From contig CAZXOE010000004.1 in assembly GCA_964642305.1 (NCBI GenBank), positions 7,894-71,893 of the forward strand: a stretch of DNA of 64,000 bases, in the 5' to 3' direction. Positions 6,628 to 15,212 of the stretch are shown here, piece after piece; position 1 is the stretch's first letter, and each line of letters begins with the position of its first letter. The DNA is from an uncultured Candidatus Saccharibacteria bacterium (GTDB taxonomy: Bacteria > Patescibacteriota > Minisyncoccia > Phycocordibacterales > UBA1550). The position numbers and the translations under genes are program-made. Below the pieces are notes generated by a model, which was given only the letters and a program-made list of their open reading frames with translations, did no database searches and was not told the origin of the DNA.

Positions 6628-8493
6628 ATGATAACAAAAAAGCAAACACAAGTCCTTGATTTCATAAAAACCTACAGAGCAAAAAACAGTTACTCCCCAT
6701 CTCTTGAAGAAATAAAGAAAAAGTTTAAGTTTGCTTCTGTTTCAACTGCGCATTACTACATTTGCAAGTTGCAGAATGCAGGTTTTTTGAATAAAGAGCA
6801 TAACCAACCGCGTGCTGTTTCGACAGTTGAAGCCAAACAGACAATAGAAATTCCTATTTTGGGTGCTATTGCGGCTGGTCAGCCGATTGAGGCAATAGAA
6901 ATCCCAGACGAAATGATAACGATCACAAGAGACGAGATTGGGAGACAAGGCAAGCACTATGCTTTACGTGTTCAGGGCAGTAGTATGATTGATGAGGGCA
7001 TTTTCGATGGTGATATTGTGGTTATACGAAAACAAGAAGTAGCAGAAAACGGGCAGACTGTTGTCGCTGTGATTGACGACAACGAAGCGACTCTCAAAAA
7101 ATTGTATCGTGAAAATGGAAGGTTTAGATTGCAACCCGCAAACCCGACCTTATTCCCAATCTATCGAGACGAGGTAGAGGTGAGGGGTGTAGTTGTTAAA
7201 ATTATTCGCAATCTTGAATCACAACTGGATCAAGGGCAATCGAGGAATGAAAAGTATGTGCGGAAAATAGACTACTCGTGGGATTATAGAGGAGAAAAAA
7301 CAAAAGCACACACACACGGAATTCATACCTATCCGGCAATGTTTATTCCTCAAGTGGGACGAAGATTGTTAGAAACATACAGCAAAGAAGGTGACACTAT
7401 CTGCGATATTTTTTGTGGCTCTGGCTCAGCATTAGTTGAAAGCAGATTGATAGGGAGAAATGCCTACGGCATCGATCTTAATCCTCTGGCTATTTTCCTT
7501 GCACATGCGAAAACAACCCCAATTAATCCGCAAAAACTAACAAAAGAGTATCTCGCATTGCTTAACAGGGTTGAAAAAATAAAGGATAGCGAAGTACAAA
7601 GACCAGATTTTAAAAATATTGATTTTTGGTTTAAAGATATAGCAATCGTTAAGCTTACCAAGTTGAAAAAAGCTATACGAGAAATAAAAGACGACGCAAT
7701 TCAGAATTTTTTGATGGTTGCCTTTAGCGAGACGGTTCGTTATTCCTCAAACACAAAAACTGGCGAATTTAAATTGGTACGTGTTAAAGGCGACAAATTG
7801 GAAAAACACAATCCTGATGTTATTGGTATCTTTCGCAAACACGCGGAGAAAAACATTGCGGGGATGACTGATTTTTACAAAGATGCAAAAAAAGGTGTGT
7901 GGACGAAAATAATCTATGGTGATTCATCAAAAGATAACGGTATTAAAGCAAGTTCCATTGATTGCATCATTACTTCTCCGCCGTATGGCGATAGTCGAAC
8001 AACAGTTGCTTACGGGCAATTTTCTCGACTCTCGGCTCAATGGATTGATATGTTTGAAAACCCAAATGACGCCTCTGGACTAGACAATGAGCTTCTTGGT
8101 GGCAGGGCAACCAAGCATTTAGCTCATACGCTTTCATCTGAGTATCTCAAAGAATCATTGGAGAAAATTGCGAAACAGGACGAAGCAAGGGCGAAGGACG
8201 TACTGAGTTTCAATATTGGTTTGAATGAATGTTTGAAACAAGCGCACAGGATACTTAAGCCAGGAAAATATTTTTGTCTTGTTATTGGGAATAGGTTAGT
8301 TAAGCAGGTGAGAATCCCCACCGACTTTATTATTGCCGAGTTAGCAGAAAAAATTGGATTTACTTGTGAAGATATTATCGTACGAAATATTCCAGGGAAA
8401 AGAATGCCTATAAAAAATTCTCCAACAAATATTGTCGGGGCTCTTGAAGAAACGATGAACAAAGAGAGTATTGTGGTGTTAAGGAAAAACTAA
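6628..8493 (+). CDS. Fusion protein: complete LexA repressor (wHTH + S24 peptidase) joined to an N4/N6 DNA methyltransferase (probable m4C MTase of the adjacent R-M system)
   Basis: aa 1-195 align with LexA throughout: QTQVLDFI, IPILGAIAAGQP (Ala-Gly cleavage site), RVQGSSM (catalytic Ser), GDIVVI, GQTVVAVIDDNEATLKKL (catalytic Lys), GVVVKIIRN. aa ~230-621 carry HTYPAMFIPQ + DIFCGSGS (motif X/I, AdoMet binding) and IDCIITSPPYGD (motif IV, SPPY). One uninterrupted 621-codon ORF. Confidence 0.85.
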   Translation: MITKKQTQVLDFIKTYRAKNSYSPSLEEIKKKFKFASVSTAHYYICKLQNAGFLNKEHNQPRAVSTVEAKQTIEIPILGAIAAGQPIEAIEIPDEMITITRDEIGRQGKHYALRVQGSSMIDEGIFDGDIVVIRKQEVAENGQTVVAVIDDNEATLKKLYRENGRFRLQPANPTLFPIYRDEVEVRGVVVKIIRNLESQLDQGQSRNEKYVRKIDYSWDYRGEKTKAHTHGIHTYPAMFIPQVGRRLLETYSKEGDTICDIFCGSGSALVESRLIGRNAYGIDLNPLAIFLAHAKTTPINPQKLTKEYLALLNRVEKIKDSEVQRPDFKNIDFWFKDIAIVKLTKLKKAIREIKDDAIQNFLMVAFSETVRYSSNTKTGEFKLVRVKGDKLEKHNPDVIGIFRKHAEKNIAGMTDFYKDAKKGVWTKIIYGDSSKDNGIKASSIDCIITSPPYGDSRTTVAYGQFSRLSAQWIDMFENPNDASGLDNELLGGRATKHLAHTLSSEYLKESLEKIAKQDEARAKDVLSFNIGLNECLKQAHRILKPGKYFCLVIGNRLVKQVRIPTDFIIAELAEKIGFTCEDIIVRNIPGKRMPIKNSPTNIVGALEETMNKESIVVLRKN

Positions 8494-9191
8494 ATTAGCC
8501 CAACTTTTGTATCAAAGCAGTTGTAAAGTTGCTTTATCTTTACTCTAAAGCCGGTGCCATGATTACGAACGGAACCATCTGGACGATAGTACATTCTGAA
8601 ATCTACAACAAGATAATCTTTTCTTACCATATTTTTGAAGTGCTCAAAATCAAAGCCTTCTAAAAAATATGCTTCGTTGAAATGAAAATGTTCAACGCCC
8701 TTTATCTCTTTGCAGTCCGCTAACACATACACGAGAGCCGGAAGTTTTGCTTCAAACTTTTGTTTTAAGTCTTCCATATCCCAGTAGATGTTTAGTCGTT
8801 TACCCTTGCCAACAACTCGGACCTTGCCTTTCTCTACTTTAAGTTTTAATCCTTGATTATTGTACCGTTTACACGAAAGAGTGCTGTGTAATTCCTTGGC
8901 ACGTCCGTTATCCCTTTTTGAGTACCCAAAACCATCAAGCAGTGTTCTGTCTCGATCGCCACCTTTTGGTTGTGGCTCCAATGTAAAGAGCGTCAGCATA
9001 GAGACCGCATTTTTTCGGTACGCCTTAAGTTCAGCTATTTCACCAATATCTGGAAGTGGAATATTATTTTCTTTTATTCCCAGTAAGTCTTCAAGTGTTT
9101 TTCCAATACCCGTATCGCCCTTGCGGTGAGTTTTAATAAACCCTAGAGCTTTTATACTTTTAAGTTTTTTCTTGAGTTCTTGGAGTGTCAT
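8490..9191 (-). CDS. Type II restriction endonuclease, MutH/MvaI-BcnI-like
   Basis: N-terminal KGDTGIGKTLEDLLGIKENNIPLPDIGEIAELKA matches the MutH-fold REase signature (KG..G..LE.LLG...N...PD...ELK). Start MTLQELK at 9191 sits 1 nt after the C-gene stop. 3' end overlaps the MTase stop by 4 nt, so the genes are convergent. Confidence 0.7.
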   Translation of the reverse strand: MTLQELKKKLKSIKALGFIKTHRKGDTGIGKTLEDLLGIKENNIPLPDIGEIAELKAYRKNAVSMLTLFTLEPQPKGGDRDRTLLDGFGYSKRDNGRAKELHSTLSCKRYNNQGLKLKVEKGKVRVVGKGKRLNIYWDMEDLKQKFEAKLPALVYVLADCKEIKGVEHFHFNEAYFLEGFDFEHFKNMVRKDYLVVDFRMYYRPDGSVRNHGTGFRVKIKQLYNCFDTKVGLI

Positions 9192-9192
9192 A

Positions 9193-9429
9193 TTATTTAA
9201 TGAAAAATAAAACGTCTTTTTTATAGATATTTGCAAACTTTTTAATCTCGACGACATCAAGTCGTCTTTCACCAGACTCAATTTTTGATATATAGGATTG
9301 TGGCTTACCGAGTTTATCGGCAACCTCTTGCTGTGCAAGCCCAGCCTCAATCCGCGCCGTTTTTAAGCGTTCTATGATTTCCTTATAGTCTTTTGCGTAA
9401 ACGGATCTGTTCATAAGTATTTCAATCAT
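9193..9429 (-). CDS. Controller (C) protein, XRE-family HTH regulator of the R-M system
   Basis: 78 aa. LAQQEVADKLGKPQSYISKIESGERRLDVVEI is a Cro/C1-type HTH. Start MIEILMNR has an AAGGA SD 5 nt upstream. The stop abuts the REase start, the classic C-R arrangement. Confidence 0.75.
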   Translation of the reverse strand: MIEILMNRSVYAKDYKEIIERLKTARIEAGLAQQEVADKLGKPQSYISKIESGERRLDVVEIKKFANIYKKDVLFFIK

Positions 9430-9441
9430 ATATCCTTTTAT

Positions 9442-9469
9442 GGTATAATCCCAAAATGGGATTATACCC
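9442..9469. promoter_or_regulatory. Candidate C-box operator: 28-bp dyad ggtataatccca-aaat-gggattatacc just upstream of the C gene
   Basis: Perfect 12-bp arms containing TATAAT on both strands, 12 nt upstream of the C start codon. Confidence 0.55.
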
Positions 9470-9638
9470 AAACCAGCCCTCGCCACCATCGCCAATACTT
9501 TTCATTAAGCCCACGTCCAAGACGCGCTTCCGGCTTTCGATTCTGATTTTTGCATCTCAAAAATCATGTCGCAAGATTTCCACAACAAAGTTGTGTGAAA
9601 TTTAGGACCCGACGCAAGGCGCGCAGACGTCTTGCTCT

Positions 9639-9687
9639 ACCCGCACAATTTTAAAGCCCCTTTCGGGGCTCAAAATTGTGCGGGTAC
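9639..9687. repeat. Large compound hairpin (13-bp outer stem cccgcacaatttt/aaaattgtgcggg, inner agcccc-tttc-ggggct)
   Basis: Read directly. No flanking T-run on either strand. Confidence 0.7.
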
Positions 9688-9841
9688 CGGGACTCTTCGC
9701 TATCTCACTCGGAGCTAAAGCTCCTCTTTAGAAACCCACGGTTTCTAACACTCACTTCGTTCGCTGTTTTCCTCCACGGGAAAACAGGTGTTTTCCCGAC
9801 CCCTTTCCCGTTCGATTCTCGTCCCATCACTAGCAGACAAA

Positions 9842-9876
9842 AGAAAAACACTCGCAAGGAGTGTTTTTCTTTTGTC
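9842..9876. terminator. Bidirectional intrinsic terminator (12-bp stem agaaaaacactc/gagtgtttttct) next to the tRNA-Gly 3' end
   Basis: Perfect stem with loop gcaagg and T-runs on both strands. Confidence 0.7.
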
Positions 9877-9878
9877 TG

Positions 9879-9949
9879 TGCGGGTAGCGAGAATCGAACT
9901 CGCGTCTCAACCTTGGGAAGGTCGCATCATACCACTAAACTATACCCGC
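9879..9949 (-). tRNA. tRNA-Gly (anticodon CCC)
   Basis: Reverse complement GCGGGTATAGTTTAGTGGTATGATGCGACCTTCCCAAGGTTGAGACGCGAGTTCGATTCTCGCTACCCGCA. Anticodon stem CGACC/GGTTG, loop TTCCCAA. Closely resembles E. coli tRNA-Gly. Confidence 0.85.
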
Positions 9950-10037
9950 AAGTGAGTGACAAAGCGAAAATGTTCACATTTTCATTTTTCGCGAACGCCG
10001 CGGATATAAGTACCCTTATACCCGCGGGATTTAATTT

Positions 10038-10421
10038 TTAGAAACCGAAAAGAGAGACGAAGTATTGCCAAGGATTTTTATTATCCATGGCTTCACTATT
10101 CTCGCCTTTTTTTACGCTATCGTCAACAATAATTACAACCTCTTCTCCTGGGCGCGCGACTGTATATTTTTGCCTAACTTCCTCTTCTATTCCACGATCA
10201 CTTTTGAGACGTATCAGGCTCGCCTGTAGCTCGGAGGATCGTGATTCCATCTCCGTGAAGGCGCGTTCCGCAATATCACGCTCTGAGCGCGCTATTTGGG
10301 CCTTTTGGTGAGTGTTCCACGCTCCCCTTCCAACAAAAAATACCAGAACAGCAAGCACCAAAAGCGTTATCCTTGAATATAAAATTTTCCTTAATTTTTG
10401 ACGTCCTTGAAATGGAATCAT
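10038..10421 (-). CDS. Septum formation initiator (FtsB/DivIC-like) protein
   Basis: N-terminal TM, a coiled coil, then ...YTVARPGEEVVII typical of the FtsB/DivIC C-terminus. Confidence 0.55.
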   Translation of the reverse strand: MIPFQGRQKLRKILYSRITLLVLAVLVFFVGRGAWNTHQKAQIARSERDIAERAFTEMESRSSELQASLIRLKSDRGIEEEVRQKYTVARPGEEVVIIVDDSVKKGENSEAMDNKNPWQYFVSLFGF

Positions 10422-10781
10422 GTTAATAGCCTAATTATAGTCTAATGTCTAGCAAAAATCTCCAAATTTCTAGCGAAAAACGCAAAGCTTGAGGAGGAAT
10501 ATAGAGATATGCCGACGAAGGGTTGGTGTTTTACAGCAGAAATTTGAAGATTTTGGCAGACAAGCCTGCATATATGCAGTTCCCCTTGCCAGCGATTAGA
10601 CTTTATTTAGGCTATGATGTAGTATACGAGAATATTAGTTAACTTTACACCCCCATCTTTATGATGTTTGACAAAAAATACAAAAGATATTGGAATACGT
10701 TTGGAGTTGTTGTCGCGGTTCTCGTAATTGTGAGCATGGTTCTTCTGTACGCAGCACCTTCGCTATCTAGCTAGAACTTTT

Positions 10782-10931
10782 CTAGCTCAAAAACAAAAAC
10801 CCAGCAATAGAACGCTATATAACTAGGTACAATATCTCCTGCGTTCGCTCGGAAATACAAACTCCATGTTTGTGTTTCTCTCGCTCTCTTGGAGATAGCG
10901 TTCTATTGCTGGGTTTTTGTTTTTGAGCTAG
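10782..10931. repeat. 37-bp perfect inverted repeat separated by 76 nt, abutting the lepA stop codon
   Basis: Left arm ctagctcaaaaacaaaaacccagcaatagaacgctat (10782-10818); right arm is its exact reverse complement (10895-10931). A nested atctcc/ggagat pair lies inside. Confidence 0.85.
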
Positions 10932-12733
10932 TTCTCCCCTCCCCTCACCATTTTCAAAAATACCTCATGAGGAATATCTACAGTGCCGCGCGCCTGCATT
11001 TTTTTCTTTCCTTTCTTCTGTTTCTCCCACAATTTCTTTTTACGAGAAATATCTCCGCCATACAAATACCCCGTCACATCTTTTTTCATCGCTGTTAGAG
11101 AACGTGACGAAATTATTCGCCCAAGTCCGTATCCTTGAATCTTCACATTAAAAAGTTGTCGTGGAAGAATCCCATGAAGCTTTTCCACCATATCCTCAGC
11201 TTCTCGCTCTATACGACGCCTCGAAACTACTTTTGAAAATGCTGGCACCACCTCCTCTGCTACCAAAATATCCAGGCGCGCCACATCTGCCTCACGAAGA
11301 GTTGTAAGCTCGTACGCTAAAGACGCAAAACCAGACGAGACGCTTTTTAAATCATCAAAAAAGTTCCTCATAAGCTCACGAAGTGGCATCTCCACCTCAA
11401 TAGCCGTGCGATTATCTCCAAAAAGCTCTGTAGCGCCAACAATTGCCTCGTGGTCATAAAGAAGCGTCATAATAGGGCTTACATATGCAGGCGGAGTAAT
11501 GATTTTCACCTTGACCCATTGTTCAAAAATTTTACTAGTAGAGCCATAGTCAGGAAAAAGGTGCGCTGAGTAAATAACTTTTCTTTCTCCATTGTTCCTC
11601 ATCTCCACTTCATACGTAATAGAAGGTGTTGTAACAATAATCTCAAGAGTAAACTCGCGACGCAAACGCTCCGTTACGATTTCCATATGAAGCATTCCAA
11701 GAAAACCACAACGAAATCCACGCCCAAGCACACCAGAAACTTCTTCCTCAAAAGAAAGCGACGAATCAGAAAGTTGCAAAATCTCAAGAGACTGCCTAAG
11801 CACAGTAAAGTCGTCCGCGCTTTCAGGATACACAGATGCCCACACCACAGGACGAGGCTTCATATACCCTTCCAGTGGCGAAGCTGATGCTTTTTGTGTC
11901 GTGATAGTATCGCCCACTGTTGCGATGCCTGGCTTCTTTATCCCTGTGAGGATGTACCCGATTTCGCCAGCGGAAAGAGTGTCGGTGTCCACCATGTCGG
12001 GATGAAAAATTCCAACACCTAGCGCGCCAAACTTTTCTCTAGCTTGTGAAAAAAGTAGCGTGTCGTTCTTGCGTGCCTGTCCATCCAAAACACGCACGTA
12101 CACAATAATTCCTTTGTGACTTGAATATCCAAAATCAAAAACGAGAGCGCGAAATGGGCCGTCTACACCACCTTCAGAAACCGGCGCTTTGATACGCTCA
12201 ATAATTGCGCCAAGAATTTCTGGTACCCCCTGCCCTGTTTTTCCAGACACCTCAAGCACCTCACTTGCTGAAATATCCAAAAGTTTTGCCAGTTCGTCCT
12301 TCACCTCTTCTACGCGCGCTATTGGAGAATCAACTTTTGAAACAGCTGGAATAACCACTAGCCCCTCCTCGCGCGCCATCGCAAGAACTGAAAGCGTTTG
12401 CGCTTGTACTCCCTGTGTGGAGTCTACAAGAAGAATTGTCCCTTCTACCGCTTTCATTGCGCGCGAAACCTCGTACGCAAAGTCAATGTGCCCAGGGGTA
12501 TCAATAAGGTTCAAAACATATTTCTCACCCTTGTACATATGCTCCATACGCACAGGTTGCATTTTGATGGTGATACCTCTCTCGCGCTCAAGCTCCATAG
12601 AGTCCAGAACTTGCTCTTTCATTTTGCGCGCCTCTACAGTACCTGTCACTTCAAGCATGCGGTCCGCGAGCGTGGACTTACCATGATCAATATGGGCGAT
12701 AATAGAAAAGTTTCGGAGGTGCTTCAAATCCAT
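10928..12733 (-). CDS. lepA: Elongation factor 4 (LepA)
   Basis: MDLKHLRNFSIIAHIDHGKSTLADRMLE... translational GTPase, about 600 aa. Start taken at MDLKH. Confidence 0.95.
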   Translation of the reverse strand: MDLKHLRNFSIIAHIDHGKSTLADRMLEVTGTVEARKMKEQVLDSMELERERGITIKMQPVRMEHMYKGEKYVLNLIDTPGHIDFAYEVSRAMKAVEGTILLVDSTQGVQAQTLSVLAMAREEGLVVIPAVSKVDSPIARVEEVKDELAKLLDISASEVLEVSGKTGQGVPEILGAIIERIKAPVSEGGVDGPFRALVFDFGYSSHKGIIVYVRVLDGQARKNDTLLFSQAREKFGALGVGIFHPDMVDTDTLSAGEIGYILTGIKKPGIATVGDTITTQKASASPLEGYMKPRPVVWASVYPESADDFTVLRQSLEILQLSDSSLSFEEEVSGVLGRGFRCGFLGMLHMEIVTERLRREFTLEIIVTTPSITYEVEMRNNGERKVIYSAHLFPDYGSTSKIFEQWVKVKIITPPAYVSPIMTLLYDHEAIVGATELFGDNRTAIEVEMPLRELMRNFFDDLKSVSSGFASLAYELTTLREADVARLDILVAEEVVPAFSKVVSRRRIEREAEDMVEKLHGILPRQLFNVKIQGYGLGRIISSRSLTAMKKDVTGYLYGGDISRKKKLWEKQKKGKKKMQARGTVDIPHEVFLKMVRGGEN

Positions 12734-12782
12734 AGTGAGGTGACTATACCACAAAATCCTTGAAATTCAAAGGGTTTTAAGA

Positions 12783-12819
12783 AAAAACAAAACAGCCGCC
12801 GGAGAAACCGGTCGGCTGC
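12783..12819 (-). terminator. Intrinsic terminator
   Basis: cagccg-ccggagaaaccgg-tcggctg hairpin followed by a T-run on the minus strand. Confidence 0.6.
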
Positions 12820-12845
12820 TGAAGAAGCGATGAGAATCAAGCCCT

Positions 12846-13343
12846 TTATCCCCATCCCATTTCAAGTTGATGAAGCCCCACGTCATTCATCCTTTTCATA
12901 GAAAACTCTACCATTGCATGGAAAAGCCCATCACTTCCTTTGAACACCCATATCTCGGAAACAGGATGTGCCCTGAGAACGCATCGGGTACTTTCATCCT
13001 GTTTTTTCTCCCACTCTGATAAAGCTGTAGAGAAATTGCTTATAAACAACGGTGGATTGTCCAAAAAACAGTCTGATGAAAAGTGGAGAAAGAAACAAAA
13101 GTACCCGCCCCCTTTAAACGAAACAACAGGAAGCCCTCTCTGTACAAGATCTGTATCCCTCGTGATTGAGGGTGGAATTTCTGACCAGAGACGCACGGTT
13201 TGCCCATAATCAGAATGGGGTAACCCCATGGCAATTTCAAATCCATTGATACTGGGGATGACGTTAATATCCAGCATTTTAACAACTTTATAAATAACAT
13301 CCGCTGGGGTTCCTTGCCGAGAATACATCACAATTTCATCCAT
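12846..13343 (-). CDS. Hypothetical protein
   Basis: 165-aa ORF. No family recognised. Confidence 0.45.
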   Translation of the reverse strand: MDEIVMYSRQGTPADVIYKVVKMLDINVIPSINGFEIAMGLPHSDYGQTVRLWSEIPPSITRDTDLVQRGLPVVSFKGGGYFCFFLHFSSDCFLDNPPLFISNFSTALSEWEKKQDESTRCVLRAHPVSEIWVFKGSDGLFHAMVEFSMKRMNDVGLHQLEMGWG

Positions 13344-13481
13344 CTTTATTCCCTCCTAACATAAAACTTATTACAAACCAGAGACACCAAAAATATCCCT
13401 GATGCCTAAACAAAATGTTATCATACCGAATACAATCTGTCAAATTTTTTCCTCGTATAGTCTACTGCTATCCGCATCTCC

Positions 13482-15158
13482 CTAGATCTCCTCCTTGTCT
13501 GGCATCACCACGCTTGTCTTCCAGAATTTGCGATGGAGCGCTGTGCGCACATCGCGAATTTCCTCGTTCCCCATTAGCTCTAAAATAAGCCACCACGTGA
13601 GGAGACCCGCAACACCTGCCACGAGTCCTTGTGTGAAAATACCGAGGAATGTGTTGAGGTCAAGATAAAGCCCAAGAATTTCCAAAAATTCATACGCGAC
13701 TACTCCTGCGATTATTGCCGAGAATGCTCCGTGCATCAAAGTGTCTTTAACTGGCGAAAGGAATCTGCCGAATTGACGCCTAAAGAAATAAATAAGAAGC
13801 ACGGTGTTGAGAAGCATGCCCACTGTATATGCGAGTGGCAACATGAGCACCTCAGCTCCTGGAAGACCTTCCACGCGAAGGAGCGACCCGACAAAGTCTT
13901 GAATAAACGGTGATCCTGCGTATGCAACAAGAAAATAATAGCCGGTAACCCCTATCACTAGTGCCGACAAAATATTTGTAATGAACGGAATACTGTTGTT
14001 TCCTGTCGCGTAAAAACCGCGCGCAAAAAGATGCCCAGTGGATTGAGCAACAGCTGACACAGTAAAGATTGCAAGACATGCAGCGGTCAGGCGCGTAGCA
14101 GTCCAATCAAAAGAGCCAGAGCCAAGTATTGTGCGCACGATTTGAGCGCGAAGAACTATCATAAGCACAAGCACTGGAAGCGACCAGAACACAATATGTC
14201 GCGCAGCGGTCAATATTTTTTCAAGAAATTTCTTGATTTCTTCATCTGCAAAATGCCTTGAAAGCCCTGGAAACGCTGCGGTTGCATAACTGACACCAAT
14301 AATTGCAATGGGCACTGATTGAAGATTGAGAGCAAAGTTAAATACCGTAATGGAACCGTGAGGAAGACTTGCAGCAAAGACTACCAAAGCAAAAAGCGCA
14401 AGCTGGTTTGCGGACAAGGCGATAGTGCGCGGAAATGACACACGTATTACCTCCCAAATATCTGCAAATGCAGGTAGGAATGAAATACTTAATGTAAAAC
14501 CGTTTCGCGAACTTATGTAGAAGTGTACAAAGAAATGCAGAAACGCACCAAGCACGACTCCCCACCCGAGCCCTATTACACCAAATGTAGGATAGAAAAA
14601 TAATGCGCCTGATATTATGCCTATGTTATATAGAATTGGCGCAAGGGCGAACGCGAAAAATTTGTGGAGCATTTGTGTCACGCTTCCAAGAAGGTTTGAG
14701 AGTCCGAGAAGGATTGGTGAAAGGAGTAGCAGGCGTGACATCATGACTAGCTCGTTTAATGCATCTCCGGAAAATGAAGGAAAAAGCGCGTGCACGAGCG
14801 CAGGTGTTGCTATATATATTCCCACAGATACTGCGACGAGTATTGAGAAAAACACTGTAAATGTATCGTTCAAAAACTTCTGCGCGCGCGCATCACTATC
14901 GTTTGCCTTTTTAGTGAGGATTGGAATAAGTACCAACGCCGAAATAAACGAAGCAACCCCTGCGAATACAAAATCCGGTATTCGGAACGCCGCGTAATAA
15001 ATATCAAGCGTTTGACTAGCTCCAAATGAATGAGCAAGCAACCTATCGCGAACGAGCGCGAGAACTTGCGAAAGAATCGCAAAAAGTCCGAGGAGAAATG
15101 CTGCTTCATGGAGACCGTTCCATTCGCGAGAAAAAAGTGAGAGAAGTTTCTTTACCAT
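13482..15158 (-). CDS. murJ: Lipid II flippase MurJ/MviN
   Basis: 14-TM protein with ...LDIYYAAFRIPDFVF... characteristic of MurJ/MviN. Confidence 0.9.
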   Translation of the reverse strand: MVKKLLSLFSREWNGLHEAAFLLGLFAILSQVLALVRDRLLAHSFGASQTLDIYYAAFRIPDFVFAGVASFISALVLIPILTKKANDSDARAQKFLNDTFTVFFSILVAVSVGIYIATPALVHALFPSFSGDALNELVMMSRLLLLSPILLGLSNLLGSVTQMLHKFFAFALAPILYNIGIISGALFFYPTFGVIGLGWGVVLGAFLHFFVHFYISSRNGFTLSISFLPAFADIWEVIRVSFPRTIALSANQLALFALVVFAASLPHGSITVFNFALNLQSVPIAIIGVSYATAAFPGLSRHFADEEIKKFLEKILTAARHIVFWSLPVLVLMIVLRAQIVRTILGSGSFDWTATRLTAACLAIFTVSAVAQSTGHLFARGFYATGNNSIPFITNILSALVIGVTGYYFLVAYAGSPFIQDFVGSLLRVEGLPGAEVLMLPLAYTVGMLLNTVLLIYFFRRQFGRFLSPVKDTLMHGAFSAIIAGVVAYEFLEILGLYLDLNTFLGIFTQGLVAGVAGLLTWWLILELMGNEEIRDVRTALHRKFWKTSVVMPDKEEI

Positions 15159-15212
15159 AAAATGAGTTTATATTTGTAGAGTATACTCGGAAAATATAAA
15201 CTCTGCAAAAAT

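Noticed and set aside
9760-9800. Possible SRP RNA domain IV (ctgtttt...aaaacag hairpin)
   Set aside because: Only a vague resemblance to the GCUGUUU/AAGCAGC helix. The intervening loop is far too short and lacks the GGAA tetraloop context.
9676-10041. Plus-strand 121-aa ORF
   Set aside because: Runs straight through tRNA-Gly and a terminator or hairpin-rich noncoding stretch. Translation is low-complexity.
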